Below are positions 18,713 to 28,950 of a stretch of DNA of 64,000 nt, one piece after another. Made by a program: the position numbers and the translations under genes. Position 1 is the stretch's first letter; each line of letters opens with the position of its first letter. The DNA comes from Chloroflexota bacterium (GTDB taxonomy: Bacteria; Chloroflexota; Limnocylindria; Limnocylindrales; CSP1-4). Below the pieces are notes generated by a model, which saw nothing but the letters and a program-made list of their open reading frames with translations, was not told the DNA's origin and did not search any database. Location of the stretch: assembly GCA_025358515.1 (NCBI GenBank), contig JANYJG010000005.1:4779-68778 (forward strand), given 5' to 3'.

Positions 18713-19204
18713 TCAGCGGTAGTTCGTGAACTGCAACGGTAGAGGCTCATCGAGTTCTTTCAGCATGGTAATAACCTGCTGAAGATCGTCCTTGCTCTTG
18801 GCAAATACGCGCAGAGCGTCCCCTTGGATCTGCGGCTTCACTTTAGGGAACTCAGAGCGGACTAGCTTGCTGAGTTTCTTGGCCAGATCATCGTCCAGTC
18901 CGCGTCTGAGCGTAATCTTCTGCCGAACCTTATTGCCGCCGGCAGGCTCGATCTTGCCCCAATCGAAGATCTTGAGCGAGAGGTTTCGGCGCACGGCCTT
19001 GCTTTCGATCAGCTCGCGCATCGCCTTGGCTCGGAATTCGTCGTCGGTCAAGAGGACGAGCTCCGTCGGCGCCTGAGTCAGTTCAAAAGTCACGCCCTTG
19101 AAGTCGTAGCGCTGCTGAATCTCGCGACGAACCTGGTCGAGAGCGTTCCGCAGCTCCATGTCGTCGAATTCGCTGACGACGTCGAATGACGATTCGCCGG
19201 CCAT
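18713..19204 (-). CDS. yajQ: YajQ-family nucleotide (c-di-GMP)-binding protein
   Basis: Track ORF trimmed to the ATG at 19204 (GGAGG upstream). MAGESSFDVVSEFDDMELRNALDQVRREIQQRYDFKG ... LPLQFTNYR matches YajQ end to end. Confidence 0.88.
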   Translation of the reverse strand: MAGESSFDVVSEFDDMELRNALDQVRREIQQRYDFKGVTFELTQAPTELVLLTDDEFRAKAMRELIESKAVRRNLSLKIFDWGKIEPAGGNKVRQKITLRRGLDDDLAKKLSKLVRSEFPKVKPQIQGDALRVFAKSKDDLQQVITMLKELDEPLPLQFTNYR

Positions 19205-19388
19205 CGGGCCTCCATTCACTTGAGCGGCGGTATTGGGGCCGAGGTGGCCGCAATGGGTCCCATGACATGCCGTGCCGCTGGGCGGAGCACAATTGTCCCG
19301 CAATCCACGCCCAGTTGGCGATTAAGTTCTGCCGCTCACCGGGCCGAGCGGTCTGCACAGGCACCTCCGGGGACGGGCAGGCGTCGGA

Positions 19389-20960
19389 TCATTCCTGCAG
19401 CGCCTGCAGCAGCAGCTCCGCGATGCGGTAGCTCTTGCCGCCACCCATGACCAGGACGGCATCGTTCGGCCGGACCTCATGCGCCAGCCACGCGGCCGTC
19501 GCCTCGACCGAACCCGTGGCCACAGCAACAATGCCGGGCCGGTTTCGGGCGACGGCTTCTGCCAGTTCGGCCGCGGAAGTTATGGTGATGTCGGGATCGC
19601 GGCTGGCCCAGATATCCGCAACGGCGACGGCGTCGGCCGTGGCCAGAACCGCCGCGAACTGGTTCAGCATGGCTGCCGTGCGGTGATACGTAAGCGGTTC
19701 ATACACGGCCCAGATCCGCTTTCCGGGTTCGCGTTGACGAACCGCCGCCAGGGTCTCGCGAATAGCTGTGGGATGGTGGCCGTAGTCGTCGTAGACAACC
19801 ACGCCGCGGCCGTCGCCCTTGCGTTCCAGGCGACGACCAACGCCGGCGAAGCCGGCGAGGCCGGTCGCGATCGAGTCGCCTGGCACGCCCATTGCCACGG
19901 CTGCCCCCGCGACGCCAAGCGCGTTGGCGGCATTGTGCCGCCCAACCGGTAGCAGCCGCGTCAGTATCGAGCCGCTCGCCAGCCCTGCACCGGAAATCTC
20001 CAGGACCGTCGCCAGTGGCCCCGCCTCCATGATCCGCCCCAGCATCACGTCTGCCGGCCCACCGGCCGTGGCGAACCTCTCGCTGAGATCCACATGTGGC
20101 GTGCCGTCCTGGAGCGAGGTGGACCCGTCCGTCAGAGCCGTGGCGATGACGCGCCCAGGCCAATCGCGCAGCCGCTCCATGACCGTTGCCACGCCCGGAT
20201 CGGCGACATTGGCAACGACCAGCGGCCGCGGCACGGTCAGAGCGGCCTTGCGCAACCACTCCACGAAGCATGCCACTACGGCCTCGGTGTCGGCGAAAAC
20301 ATCCGGGTGGTCCCACTCTGCAGATGTCAGAACCGCCACAGCCGGGCGATAAGGATCGAAGTTGCCGGCGTACTCGTCGGCCTCGACCACGAACGGCTCT
20401 CCCCTGCCCCACCTGGCCGTGGACGGTAGTCCGCCGGTCAACTCGCCTGGAAGCAGCGCCCCAACGAACGCGGACGGATCGAGGTCTGTATTCGTCAGGA
20501 GATGCACGAGCCAGCCGGACGTGGTGCTCTTGCCGTGAGTGCCGGCCACGGCCACCAATAGCCGCGCCGCGGCGGTATCGGCAATAACCTGCTGCCAAGG
20601 CTCCAGCGGGATTCCGGACTTGCGTGCCGCTTCCAGCTCAGGGTTGTCGGGGTCCACAGCGGTTAGGGCCTTGGTCACCGCGAGTCGCGCTGGCGGCGGA
20701 ACGGCGGTTACGTGCCTGGGCGAGTGACCCCATGCAAGTGGGATCCCGAGCGCTTCTATCGGACGTGTGTATGGTGACGGGCCGCCCGCATCGCAGCCGC
20801 TCACCGTGGCGCCGGCATGGTGGGCCAGCAGGACCGCTGCACTGGCGCCGGCCCCGGCCGCACCTACGACGTGAATGCGTTCACCGGGTCCAATTGGTCT
20901 GGCAACGCGGGCCGGCGCCAGGCCGCTTCCGACCGAAGCCGCTCCCCTAAACTCGCTCAC
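19389..20960 (-). CDS. Mur ligase family protein (MurC / Mpl-like)
   Basis: N-terminal Rossmann IHVVGAAGAGASAAVLLA...GCD, a Mur P-loop GTHGKSTTSGW, and C-terminal Mur ligase domains. GTG at 20960 overlaps the pncC stop (GTGA). Confidence 0.75.
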   Translation of the reverse strand: MSEFRGAASVGSGLAPARVARPIGPGERIHVVGAAGAGASAAVLLAHHAGATVSGCDAGGPSPYTRPIEALGIPLAWGHSPRHVTAVPPPARLAVTKALTAVDPDNPELEAARKSGIPLEPWQQVIADTAAARLLVAVAGTHGKSTTSGWLVHLLTNTDLDPSAFVGALLPGELTGGLPSTARWGRGEPFVVEADEYAGNFDPYRPAVAVLTSAEWDHPDVFADTEAVVACFVEWLRKAALTVPRPLVVANVADPGVATVMERLRDWPGRVIATALTDGSTSLQDGTPHVDLSERFATAGGPADVMLGRIMEAGPLATVLEISGAGLASGSILTRLLPVGRHNAANALGVAGAAVAMGVPGDSIATGLAGFAGVGRRLERKGDGRGVVVYDDYGHHPTAIRETLAAVRQREPGKRIWAVYEPLTYHRTAAMLNQFAAVLATADAVAVADIWASRDPDITITSAAELAEAVARNRPGIVAVATGSVEATAAWLAHEVRPNDAVLVMGGGKSYRIAELLLQALQE

Positions 20961-21466
20961 AAAGGGCGTCCGGGTTCCGCCTCGCAATGGGCGAGAAGGA
21001 GTTCCAGAGCGGCCCGTGCGGCAGATTCGCGGTTGGCCTGGCGGTCCCCATCGAATAAGAAGCGCCGCACGTCGACTCCGGCCGAGTCGGCTACCGCGAC
21101 ATATGTCAGGCCGAGGGGCTTGGCTCGGCTGCCTCCGCTGGGACCCGCCACCCCTGTCACGGCCACGGCAACGTCAACCGAGAGCCGAACGCGGGCACCG
21201 ATCGCCATGTCCCGGGCGACCTGGGCGCTGACCGCTCCATGGGCGTCGATATGATCGGCCGGGACGTCCAGCAAGCCGGCCTTGACGTCATTCGAATAGC
21301 TGACCACGCCGCCCCGGAAGAAGCCGCTCGAGCCGGCACGATCCGTTAGCAGCTTTGCTACGAGCCCGCCGGTACATGACTCGGCAGTCCCAACGGAAAT
21401 CGCCCGCTCCAGGCACAGGCGATGAATCCGTTCCAGGAGATTGGCGAGCGGTTCGTCTCCCATCAC
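20957..21466 (-). CDS. pncC: CinA C-terminal-domain / nicotinamide-nucleotide amidohydrolase PncC
   Basis: Contains GTAESCTGGLVAKLLTD...GGVVSYSN..K...L.V and VAVTGVAGPSGG motifs. Confidence 0.85.
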   Translation of the reverse strand: MMGDEPLANLLERIHRLCLERAISVGTAESCTGGLVAKLLTDRAGSSGFFRGGVVSYSNDVKAGLLDVPADHIDAHGAVSAQVARDMAIGARVRLSVDVAVAVTGVAGPSGGSRAKPLGLTYVAVADSAGVDVRRFLFDGDRQANRESAARAALELLLAHCEAEPGRPL

Positions 21467-21470
21467 CGGC

Positions 21471-22916
21471 TCAGTGGTCGTTTGACTTCTTGGGAGGACT
21501 GGCGCCGTCCATTCGCCAGCTGCCAGTACCGGACGACGTGCTCAACTGTCCGTACAGGACACCGTTTATGGTGAAGTAAGTGTTCCTCTGAACACCGGTC
21601 CAAACCCAAACGCTCTGGGTGGCGTCGATGGTGATCCGCGCACCCGACTTGTAGGTTATGTTGCTGGTCTTGGGGTCCAGGACTCCGTCACGCCAGATCT
21701 TTAGCGTCGTAGGGCCGCCCTCGATCTGAATGATGACCTGGACCGGTTTGTACGGAACCACGATCGTGACCGTGACCGGGGATGCCGGGATACCTGAGGA
21801 ACTGGCCCCGGTGACGGTCAGCTGCCAGCTACCAGGGGCGAGCTGCAGGCCGAGGGTGAACGAACCGTCAGTGGCCACCGTGGTGGTGGTCCCAGCCGGG
21901 GGTGGGCTGGGAGACGCCGTGGCCCCGGGGGCAAGCGTCACTTTGGGCGTGGGCTTCGGCGTGATGATCGCCGTCGGCGAGGGGACGGGCGTTGGAGTGG
22001 ACCCAGCCTTCGGGGGCGGGCCGAGCAATGTCGACGTAACCGTCACCGTGGCAAGTGAGAACGACGAGCCCGACACGGTCACCGCGCCGTCGACTATGGA
22101 TGCTCCGTCGGTCGGGGTGGCCAGGTAGATCTGAGGCGAGGTCGGCGTTGCGGTGGCCATGGACACATCGATGTACTTCTTTACCGTTGGACTCTTGTGG
22201 TTGGTATCGGTGTTGCTGGCGGTGATGTCGAACTCATTCCTACCGGGGTGCAGCGACACGACGAGGCTCCAGTGGCCGCTGGCGTCGACGGTGGCGGACA
22301 TCGACTCGCGCAGGTCCTTCATGATCAGGATGGTCGTGCCCGGCGTCGCCGACCCCGCCAGTTTGTAGGTCGTCGTGCCCGCAGAGGCCTGGAACGCTTC
22401 CGTGGCTGGAGTAGTTACGTTGATCGTCGGGTCCTGTAGGTATCTGCTGATTTGCAAGCCAAAGTAGCCGACGACGCCTATGACGACCACCGCCAGCAGG
22501 ACCATAACCATGTGGCTTCGCTGGAGCACCAACCCGCGTGGCGGCATAGCCATGGGCTTGGGACCACCGATGAGCGGTTGATGCGCGTCCGACTCTCCCC
22601 GCTCACGGCGCCACTCGTCCACGGCCTCGTCCGGGTCAAGGCCCAGATACGAGGCATAGTTGCGCAGGAAGCCTCGGGTGTAGACCTCCCCGGGCAGGTC
22701 CGAGTAGTCGCCGTTTTCCAACGCGGCCAGAAACTTGGAGCGGATCTTGGTGTCGCGTTCGACGCGGTACAGATCTACGCCCTTGGCTTCACGCGCCGAC
22801 CTGAGTTGCTCCGGCAGCGTTCCGTTCCTGCCTCGTGAACTAGACGATCCGGTGTCCCTTCCCCCCTGGCCCGGAAACCCGCGCGGAGCGCGGCGTGGTG
22901 GCTTGCCAGTCGTCAT
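21471..22916 (-). CDS. rodZ: RodZ-like cytoskeleton protein (HTH - TM - Ig-like repeats - DUF4115)
   Basis: XRE-type HTH LRSAREAKGVDLYRVERDTKIRSKFLAALENGDYSDLPGEVYTRGFLRNYASYLGLD. One TM segment. C-terminal LKIWRDGVL...TINGVLYG (RodZ_C-like). Confidence 0.75.
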   Translation of the reverse strand: MTTGKPPRRAPRGFPGQGGRDTGSSSSRGRNGTLPEQLRSAREAKGVDLYRVERDTKIRSKFLAALENGDYSDLPGEVYTRGFLRNYASYLGLDPDEAVDEWRRERGESDAHQPLIGGPKPMAMPPRGLVLQRSHMVMVLLAVVVIGVVGYFGLQISRYLQDPTINVTTPATEAFQASAGTTTYKLAGSATPGTTILIMKDLRESMSATVDASGHWSLVVSLHPGRNEFDITASNTDTNHKSPTVKKYIDVSMATATPTSPQIYLATPTDGASIVDGAVTVSGSSFSLATVTVTSTLLGPPPKAGSTPTPVPSPTAIITPKPTPKVTLAPGATASPSPPPAGTTTTVATDGSFTLGLQLAPGSWQLTVTGASSSGIPASPVTVTIVVPYKPVQVIIQIEGGPTTLKIWRDGVLDPKTSNITYKSGARITIDATQSVWVWTGVQRNTYFTINGVLYGQLSTSSGTGSWRMDGASPPKKSNDH

Positions 22917-25345
22917 TGCTCATCCTCGCCTCGGCCGTTCGGGTGGGCCGCCGGCGCATTCCCATCTCGACGGAGAACCTGACGGGCGTTCGATCCGTCG
23001 AACGGCCCGATGTAGCCACGCGCCTCGAGCTGGTCGATGATCCTCGCGGCACGCGCATATCCGATCTTGAGGCGTCGCTGCAGGAGCGAAGCCGAAGCAC
23101 GATCGTACTCCTCGATGACGCCCACAGCATCGAGCATGAGACGGTCGGCGTCGTCATCGGGAGTGTCCGCAATGGTCGAGGTCTCTTCGTCGTTGGTGAT
23201 GATTCCCATGTCGTAGTGCGGTTCGGCCTCTGCGCGCCAGTGATCGCAGATATTGGCGATCTCCTTGTCGGAGACGTACACGCCTTGTAGACGGATTGGG
23301 CGAGGCAGGTCCGCAGGTTGGAAGAGCATGTCCCCCCGGCCGATGAGGTCCTCTGCGCCGGGCATATCCAGGATCGTGCGGGAGTCGATTTGCGAGGCCA
23401 TGGCGAAGGCGATGCGGCTCGGGAAGTTGGCCTTGATAAGGCCCGTGACGACGTTGACCGACGGACGCTGGGTGGCTAGAACCATGTGGATACCGGTCGC
23501 GCGAGCCTTCTGGGCCAGCCGAACGATCGGATCCTCGATATTCCTACCCTCGCGCATCATCAGGTCGGCCAACTCGTCGATGATGATCACCAGATGTGGC
23601 AGCTGATCCGCCGGGTCGGCGCGGGTTTCGTTGTAAGTGGTGATATTCCTGGCGGTTGCCCCGGCGAACCGTCGATAGCGGTTCTCCATCTCCACAACCG
23701 CCCATTTCAGGGCCGCCTTAGCTCGCTCCGGTTCCGTGATTACCGGGACCATGAGGTGCGGCAAGCCGTTGTAGGCGCTGAGCTCGACCCTTTTTAGGTC
23801 CATCAGAATCATTCGGACTTCGTCCGGCGTTGAGTTGCATAAGAGGCTGGTGATCAGGGCGTTGACCATGACGCTCTTGCCCGAGCCGGTGGCGCCGGCG
23901 ATAAGCAGATGCGGCATCTTGCCCAAGTCCGCCGCTCGCGCATGCCCGGCCACGTCGCGGCCCAGGGCGAAGGTCAGCCTGGAGGCGGCGTGGAAGTCCA
24001 CTTCCTCCAGGATCCGGCGCAGAGACACGATGTTGAAGTCTTTGTTCGGAATTTCGATGCCGATAACGCTCTTGCCCGGGATCGGGGCTTCGATGCGGAT
24101 CGTGCGGGCCGACAGCGCCATGGCCAGATCGTCAGAGAGGGCCTCGATGCGGCTGACCTTGACCTCCGCGCTCGGTGCCACTTCGTATTGAGTCACCACC
24201 GGGCCGGCGTTCCAGGCCACGACACGGGCCGGTATGTTGAAGCTGGCGAGCTTGCCGGCGATGATCGCCGCGTTCCGGGCGTGGTCCATGGTGCTGTCGC
24301 TGGCGCGAGGAGGGGCTATGTCCTCCAGCAGACTGAGCGGCGGCAGGTGATACTCGGGCCGGGGCGCTGTGATCCCGACACCCGCGGCATCGGCACCGGC
24401 CGATCCGGATCGCGAACCGCGAACCGGCGCGCCGTCACGGATCGATGTGCCGTCACGGGGCAGGGTTGAACCAGGGATTGTTGCCGGACGGAATGGCGCG
24501 GGCTCGCTCAGAGTGCCACCGTTTCGGAGGTCCAGCATCCCCTGCACAGGTGGAGCAAAGGTGGACGACGGTCCGGCCGACGCATTGGCGGCGGGAATGC
24601 CCGTGAGCAATTCCAGGGCCCGGTTCCGGCTTTCAGTTGCAGCGGCCTCACGGGCGGCCTTGTCGCTGCCCGCCTTCTCGGTCCGTACGGACTTCTCGGG
24701 CCGGTCGAGGCCGCCGCTGCCTTCAGCTACTTTCGGAGCGGGCCGCGAAAGGGCCGCGACGGCTCGACTGACGAGCCTCCCCAGCGGCGCAACCACGGCC
24801 GGCAGAGACATATCGAGCGTCAGCAGAGTCCCGGCGATGACGACCGCGCCGAGCAGGATCGCCGCACCGGGATGGGTGACCAGCGGCGCCAGGAATTCCG
24901 CCGTGGCCTTGCCTATTCTGCCCGACGTAGTCGGATCCACCAGCCCCGCGATGCCCAAGACGCCCAGGTACGCGGACGCCGTTCCAAAGAGGGCCAATTG
25001 CCAGTCCCAGCCCTCTCCCTTAGCCCGTTCCAGGTAGTACGCCAGCAACAACAGCAGGAACGGAAGCAGCCACCGAGGTCGCCCGAACCATGGCGCCAGC
25101 ACGTGGACGGTCCAGTCGGTCAGCGCACCCTGGCCGCGCAGAATCAACCCGATCAAGATCGCCGCGCCCAGGAGGGCCATCGCGATGCCAATGAGAGACT
25201 TGACGACCTCGGGGGCGATCGACCGTTTGCCGGAAGTGGAGCGCCGCCGGGTTGTCGTCGACCGGCTACCTCGACTTGCAGCCGTCGTTCGGGCGGCCGC
25301 GGGACGGGGAGGCTTGGGCCGAGTCGAAGTGGGTCGGGTCGGCAT
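22913..25345 (-). CDS. ftsK: DNA translocase FtsK/SpoIIIE
   Basis: N-terminal TM segments. Walker A LLIAGATGSGKSV and Walker B IIIDELADLMM. C-terminal gamma winged helix (SASLLQRRLKIGYARAARIIDQLE). Confidence 0.93.
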   Translation of the reverse strand: MPTRPTSTRPKPPRPAAARTTAASRGSRSTTTRRRSTSGKRSIAPEVVKSLIGIAMALLGAAILIGLILRGQGALTDWTVHVLAPWFGRPRWLLPFLLLLLAYYLERAKGEGWDWQLALFGTASAYLGVLGIAGLVDPTTSGRIGKATAEFLAPLVTHPGAAILLGAVVIAGTLLTLDMSLPAVVAPLGRLVSRAVAALSRPAPKVAEGSGGLDRPEKSVRTEKAGSDKAAREAAATESRNRALELLTGIPAANASAGPSSTFAPPVQGMLDLRNGGTLSEPAPFRPATIPGSTLPRDGTSIRDGAPVRGSRSGSAGADAAGVGITAPRPEYHLPPLSLLEDIAPPRASDSTMDHARNAAIIAGKLASFNIPARVVAWNAGPVVTQYEVAPSAEVKVSRIEALSDDLAMALSARTIRIEAPIPGKSVIGIEIPNKDFNIVSLRRILEEVDFHAASRLTFALGRDVAGHARAADLGKMPHLLIAGATGSGKSVMVNALITSLLCNSTPDEVRMILMDLKRVELSAYNGLPHLMVPVITEPERAKAALKWAVVEMENRYRRFAGATARNITTYNETRADPADQLPHLVIIIDELADLMMREGRNIEDPIVRLAQKARATGIHMVLATQRPSVNVVTGLIKANFPSRIAFAMASQIDSRTILDMPGAEDLIGRGDMLFQPADLPRPIRLQGVYVSDKEIANICDHWRAEAEPHYDMGIITNDEETSTIADTPDDDADRLMLDAVGVIEEYDRASASLLQRRLKIGYARAARIIDQLEARGYIGPFDGSNARQVLRRDGNAPAAHPNGRGEDEQ

Positions 25346-27013
25346 CTACACCTCCACGACAACCGGGAAGACGAGTGGACGGCGGCGCGTCTGTTCGTAC
25401 AGGTAGCGCGACACTTCGTCCTTGATTTGACTCTTGAGCAGGGCCACCTCGCTGGTCCGATCGCCAGGCCCTTCCACCGCTGCGAGGATGCGGTCCACGG
25501 TGGCTTCCATGAGCGGATCGCGCTCGTTGCCGCGCACGAAGCCCCGGGTCACGACCTCCGGCCGGGTCACGACCTTGCCGGTCTGCTTGTCTACGGTGAC
25601 GACGACGATGAACATGCCGTCGTTGGCCAGGGCACGCCGGTCACGAAGAACGACCTCACCCACATCGCCGACCGAAAGGCCGTCCACGAGGACGTAGCCA
25701 GACGTCACTGGTGCGGCGCGTCTGGCGCTGCCGTCGGCAAAGAACTCGATCGGCTGGCCGTTCTCGATGATGAAGACGTTCCCGGGCTCCACGCCGGTTT
25801 CCACTGCCAGGCGCCCGTGCTGAACCAGCATCCGGAACTCGCCGTGAATTGGGATGAAGTATTTGGGCCGAGTCAGGCCCAGCATCAACTTCAGTTCTTC
25901 CTGACTGGCGTGCCCGGAGACGTGGGCGTGCTTGACCGTGTGGTAGTAAACATTGGCGCCGGCCTTAAAGAGGTTGTCGATGGTTCGGGCAACGTATTCC
26001 TCGTTGCCTGGGATTGGGCTGGCGCTAACGATGACTGTGTCGCCGGCCTGGATCTCCACGAATCTGTGATCGCGGTTGGCCATTCGGGCGAGGCCCGCCA
26101 TCGGCTCACCCTGCGAGCCGGTCGTGGCGATGACCAGGCGCTCCGATCCCACCGCTCCGATCTGGTCCTTACCGACGATCTGACCGGGGGCGAACGTTAA
26201 GTACCCCAGGTCGGTGGCGATACGGAAGTTCTGCTCCATCGACCGGCCCACGATGGCAACCTGGCGGTCGAAAGTGGCGGCAGCATCGATGACCTGCTGG
26301 ATGCGAGCTATGTTGCTGGCAAAGGTGGCCACGATGACTCGCCCGGTAAGGGGCTCGATGATCTCGCGGAACGTCTCGCCCACGGTCCGCTCGGAGAGCG
26401 TGTAGCCCGGGTTCTCGGCGCGGGTGGAGTCGGACAGGAGGCAGATGACGCCCGCGTCGCCGAGCTTCGAGAGCACCGCGAAGTCGGAACGACGACCGTC
26501 CACGGGAGTGTGGTCGAACTTGAAGTCGCCGGTTGTAACGACGGTCCCAACCGGCGTGTGGAGAGCCATGCCCATGGCGTCCGGGATGGAGTGGCTGATC
26601 CGGAACGGCTCCACACGGAATGGCCCGATCTGCAGCATGTCTCCCGGATCGAGCGGCAGCAGCGGGTTGCTGTGGAGCTTGTGTTCCTTGATCTTGATGC
26701 CCAGCAGGCCGCGGGCCAGCGTGGATGCGTACACGGGCACGCCCGGGAAGTAAGGCAGTACGTACGCCAGCCCACCGATGTGGTCTTCGTGGGCGTGGGT
26801 GATCAGGAAGGCGCGCACCTTCTCGCGGTTCTCGCGCAGGTAGGTGACGTCCGGAATGACGAGGTCGATGCCGAACATCTCCTCATCGGGAAACATGAGT
26901 CCGCAGTCGACCACGACGATATCGTCGCCGTACTCAAAGACGTACATGTTCTTGCCGATCTCCCCGACGCCTCCGAGGGGGATAATTCGGAGTGGAGTGT
27001 CGTTGTCAGGCAT
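25346..27013 (-). CDS. rnj: Ribonuclease J
   Basis: Metallo-beta-lactamase THAHEDHIGG followed by beta-CASP and an RNase J C-terminal region; 555 aa. Confidence 0.92.
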   Translation of the reverse strand: MPDNDTPLRIIPLGGVGEIGKNMYVFEYGDDIVVVDCGLMFPDEEMFGIDLVIPDVTYLRENREKVRAFLITHAHEDHIGGLAYVLPYFPGVPVYASTLARGLLGIKIKEHKLHSNPLLPLDPGDMLQIGPFRVEPFRISHSIPDAMGMALHTPVGTVVTTGDFKFDHTPVDGRRSDFAVLSKLGDAGVICLLSDSTRAENPGYTLSERTVGETFREIIEPLTGRVIVATFASNIARIQQVIDAAATFDRQVAIVGRSMEQNFRIATDLGYLTFAPGQIVGKDQIGAVGSERLVIATTGSQGEPMAGLARMANRDHRFVEIQAGDTVIVSASPIPGNEEYVARTIDNLFKAGANVYYHTVKHAHVSGHASQEELKLMLGLTRPKYFIPIHGEFRMLVQHGRLAVETGVEPGNVFIIENGQPIEFFADGSARRAAPVTSGYVLVDGLSVGDVGEVVLRDRRALANDGMFIVVVTVDKQTGKVVTRPEVVTRGFVRGNERDPLMEATVDRILAAVEGPGDRTSEVALLKSQIKDEVSRYLYEQTRRRPLVFPVVVEV

Positions 27014-27051
27014 AGTTGCTCACGTGGCGTGACCCTTGTTTGGCGTTCATC

Positions 27052-27783
27052 CTAGAAGAGGTGGAGCCCGGGCGTGGCGTCGAAATCCGCATTTGGTTCG
27101 AGGCCCGCAGAGGGCTGCGATGGGGCGGCGAGTTGGGATGCCGTCGGCGGCGCTGCGGGCTCAGCCTGGCCATGGTGTGGGGCGGCCGCGCGGCGCTTGC
27201 GCGACTCAACCAGAGCCTGCGGCACGCCCAGCATGTCGCGGAACAGAGTCTCTTTGAGCGATCCCTGGTGGAGTGCCGCGGCCGGGTGGTACATCGCGAA
27301 GGTGATGGCCTCCGGGGCGCCGCCGGCAGGATCCGCGAGCCGGTAAGTGCCGTGCGCCTGCCCGATCCGAGATCCTGGATTAAAGCGCGCCATGGAGAAG
27401 CGGCCCAGGGTCACGACCAGCGCCGGATCCAGGACCCCCAGCTGTCGCGCCAAAAAAGGCGCACAGGCGGCGATTTCGTCAGGCTCCGGATCGCGGTTCT
27501 CGGGCGGCCGGCATTTGACAACGTTCGTGATGAATACCTCTTGCCGAGCCCAGCCCACGGATGCGAGCAGGTCTGTCAGGAGCGCGCCCGCCTGACCGAC
27601 GAAGGGACGGCCCTGGTGATCCTCATTGAACCCTGGACCCTCACCCACGAGCACGACCTCGGTCGCGGGAGTACCTTCGCCGGGAACCGCCTGCGTCCTT
27701 GTTTGGTGGAGTCGGCAGCGCGTACATGTCGCCACCTCTGCCGCTATTTCCTCGAGCGCAGCCTGGCGCTCGGCATCGGTCAC
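27052..27783 (-). CDS. udg: Family 4 uracil-DNA glycosylase (Fe-S) with Pro/Ala-rich C-terminal tail
   Basis: CTRCRLHQTRTQAVPGEG ... VLVGEGPGFNEDHQGRPFVGQAG ... HPAAAL. Start set at the GTG that overlaps the asd TGA (GTGA at 27780-27783) rather than the TTG at 27837. Confidence 0.85.
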   Translation of the reverse strand: MTDAERQAALEEIAAEVATCTRCRLHQTRTQAVPGEGTPATEVVLVGEGPGFNEDHQGRPFVGQAGALLTDLLASVGWARQEVFITNVVKCRPPENRDPEPDEIAACAPFLARQLGVLDPALVVTLGRFSMARFNPGSRIGQAHGTYRLADPAGGAPEAITFAMYHPAAALHQGSLKETLFRDMLGVPQALVESRKRRAAAPHHGQAEPAAPPTASQLAAPSQPSAGLEPNADFDATPGLHLF

Positions 27784-28853
27784 GAGCCCGCCCCGGCTCC
27801 GCTCGATATAGTCCGGCGGGACCTGGCTTTGACCCAACCATGCTCCACGAGGCTTTCAGCGATCTCGACCGCGTTGGTCGCGGCGCCCTTACGCAGGTTA
27901 TCGCTTACAACCCAGAAAGCGAGGCCACGCTCGACCGACGGGTCCGTGCGGACGCGCCCGACGTAGATTTCGTCATGACCGGCCGCCTGTGTGGCAATCG
28001 GGTATACGTGAGCGCTCACGTCGTCCATGACGATCACCCCCGGGACGGCAGCGAAGGCCTTGCGGGCATCCTCCGGACTAATCGGTCGGGTCGTCTCGAC
28101 GTGAACGGCCTCCGAGTGGGACACGAAGACGGGGACGCGGACGGCCGTGCACGAGAGGCGCAAATTCGGGAGGTGAAGGATCTTCCGGCTCTCGGTGACG
28201 ACCTTCCACTCTTCGCGGGTGTAGCCGTTGTCCAGGAAGACATCGATCTCGGGTATGACGTTGAAGGCGATAGCGTGGGCATAGACCGACGCGACCTTAG
28301 GTTCGCCGGCGACGTGAGCGCGAATCTGCGTCTCAAGCTCCGCGATTGCTTCCGCCCCGGTTCCGGAGACCGACTGATACGTGTCCACCACGACCCGCTC
28401 GATGCCGGCGGTGTCGCGCAGAGCCATCAGGACCGGCACCAGTTGCATCGTCGAGCAGTTAGGGTTGGCGATGATTCCCTCGTGCCACTCGCCATCGTCG
28501 GGGTTGACCTGGCTGACGATGAGCGGCACGTTGGCCTCCATCCGCCAGGCATTCGAGTTGTCGATGACGGTCGCTCCGCGTCCGGCTGCCGCGGGGGCGA
28601 GCTGGCGGGAGACGTCTCCGCCCGCCGAGAAGAGCGCAATGTCCACGCCCTCGAAGGCTTCTGGTGTGGCCTCGTCCACGGTATAGGTCACTCCGCCCGC
28701 GCTGATCGTCATGCCGGCCGAGCGACCGGACGCGAGCAGACGAAGCTCACCGACCGGGAAGCGTCTCTCGGCCAGGACTTTGATCATTGTTCGTCCGACG
28801 ACGCCGGTGGCGCCAACGACCGCGACGGTCAGCGGATGCGGTAGTACGGGCAT
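27780..28853 (-). CDS. asd: Aspartate-semialdehyde dehydrogenase
   Basis: AVVGATGVVGRTM NAD(P) motif and IANPNCSTMQL active-site Cys. ATG at 28853 (track ORF starts 11 codons upstream). Confidence 0.92.
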   Translation of the reverse strand: MPVLPHPLTVAVVGATGVVGRTMIKVLAERRFPVGELRLLASGRSAGMTISAGGVTYTVDEATPEAFEGVDIALFSAGGDVSRQLAPAAAGRGATVIDNSNAWRMEANVPLIVSQVNPDDGEWHEGIIANPNCSTMQLVPVLMALRDTAGIERVVVDTYQSVSGTGAEAIAELETQIRAHVAGEPKVASVYAHAIAFNVIPEIDVFLDNGYTREEWKVVTESRKILHLPNLRLSCTAVRVPVFVSHSEAVHVETTRPISPEDARKAFAAVPGVIVMDDVSAHVYPIATQAAGHDEIYVGRVRTDPSVERGLAFWVVSDNLRKGAATNAVEIAESLVEHGWVKARSRRTISSGAGAGS

Positions 28854-28950
28854 GGCTCCACTCAGCAGGTTCGATGAACGGGACACGAGGCAAGTATACC
28901 AGCGCGCTGCTGAGCGGCTCCCGGGAGTGCATAACTTGGCTACCGGCCGG

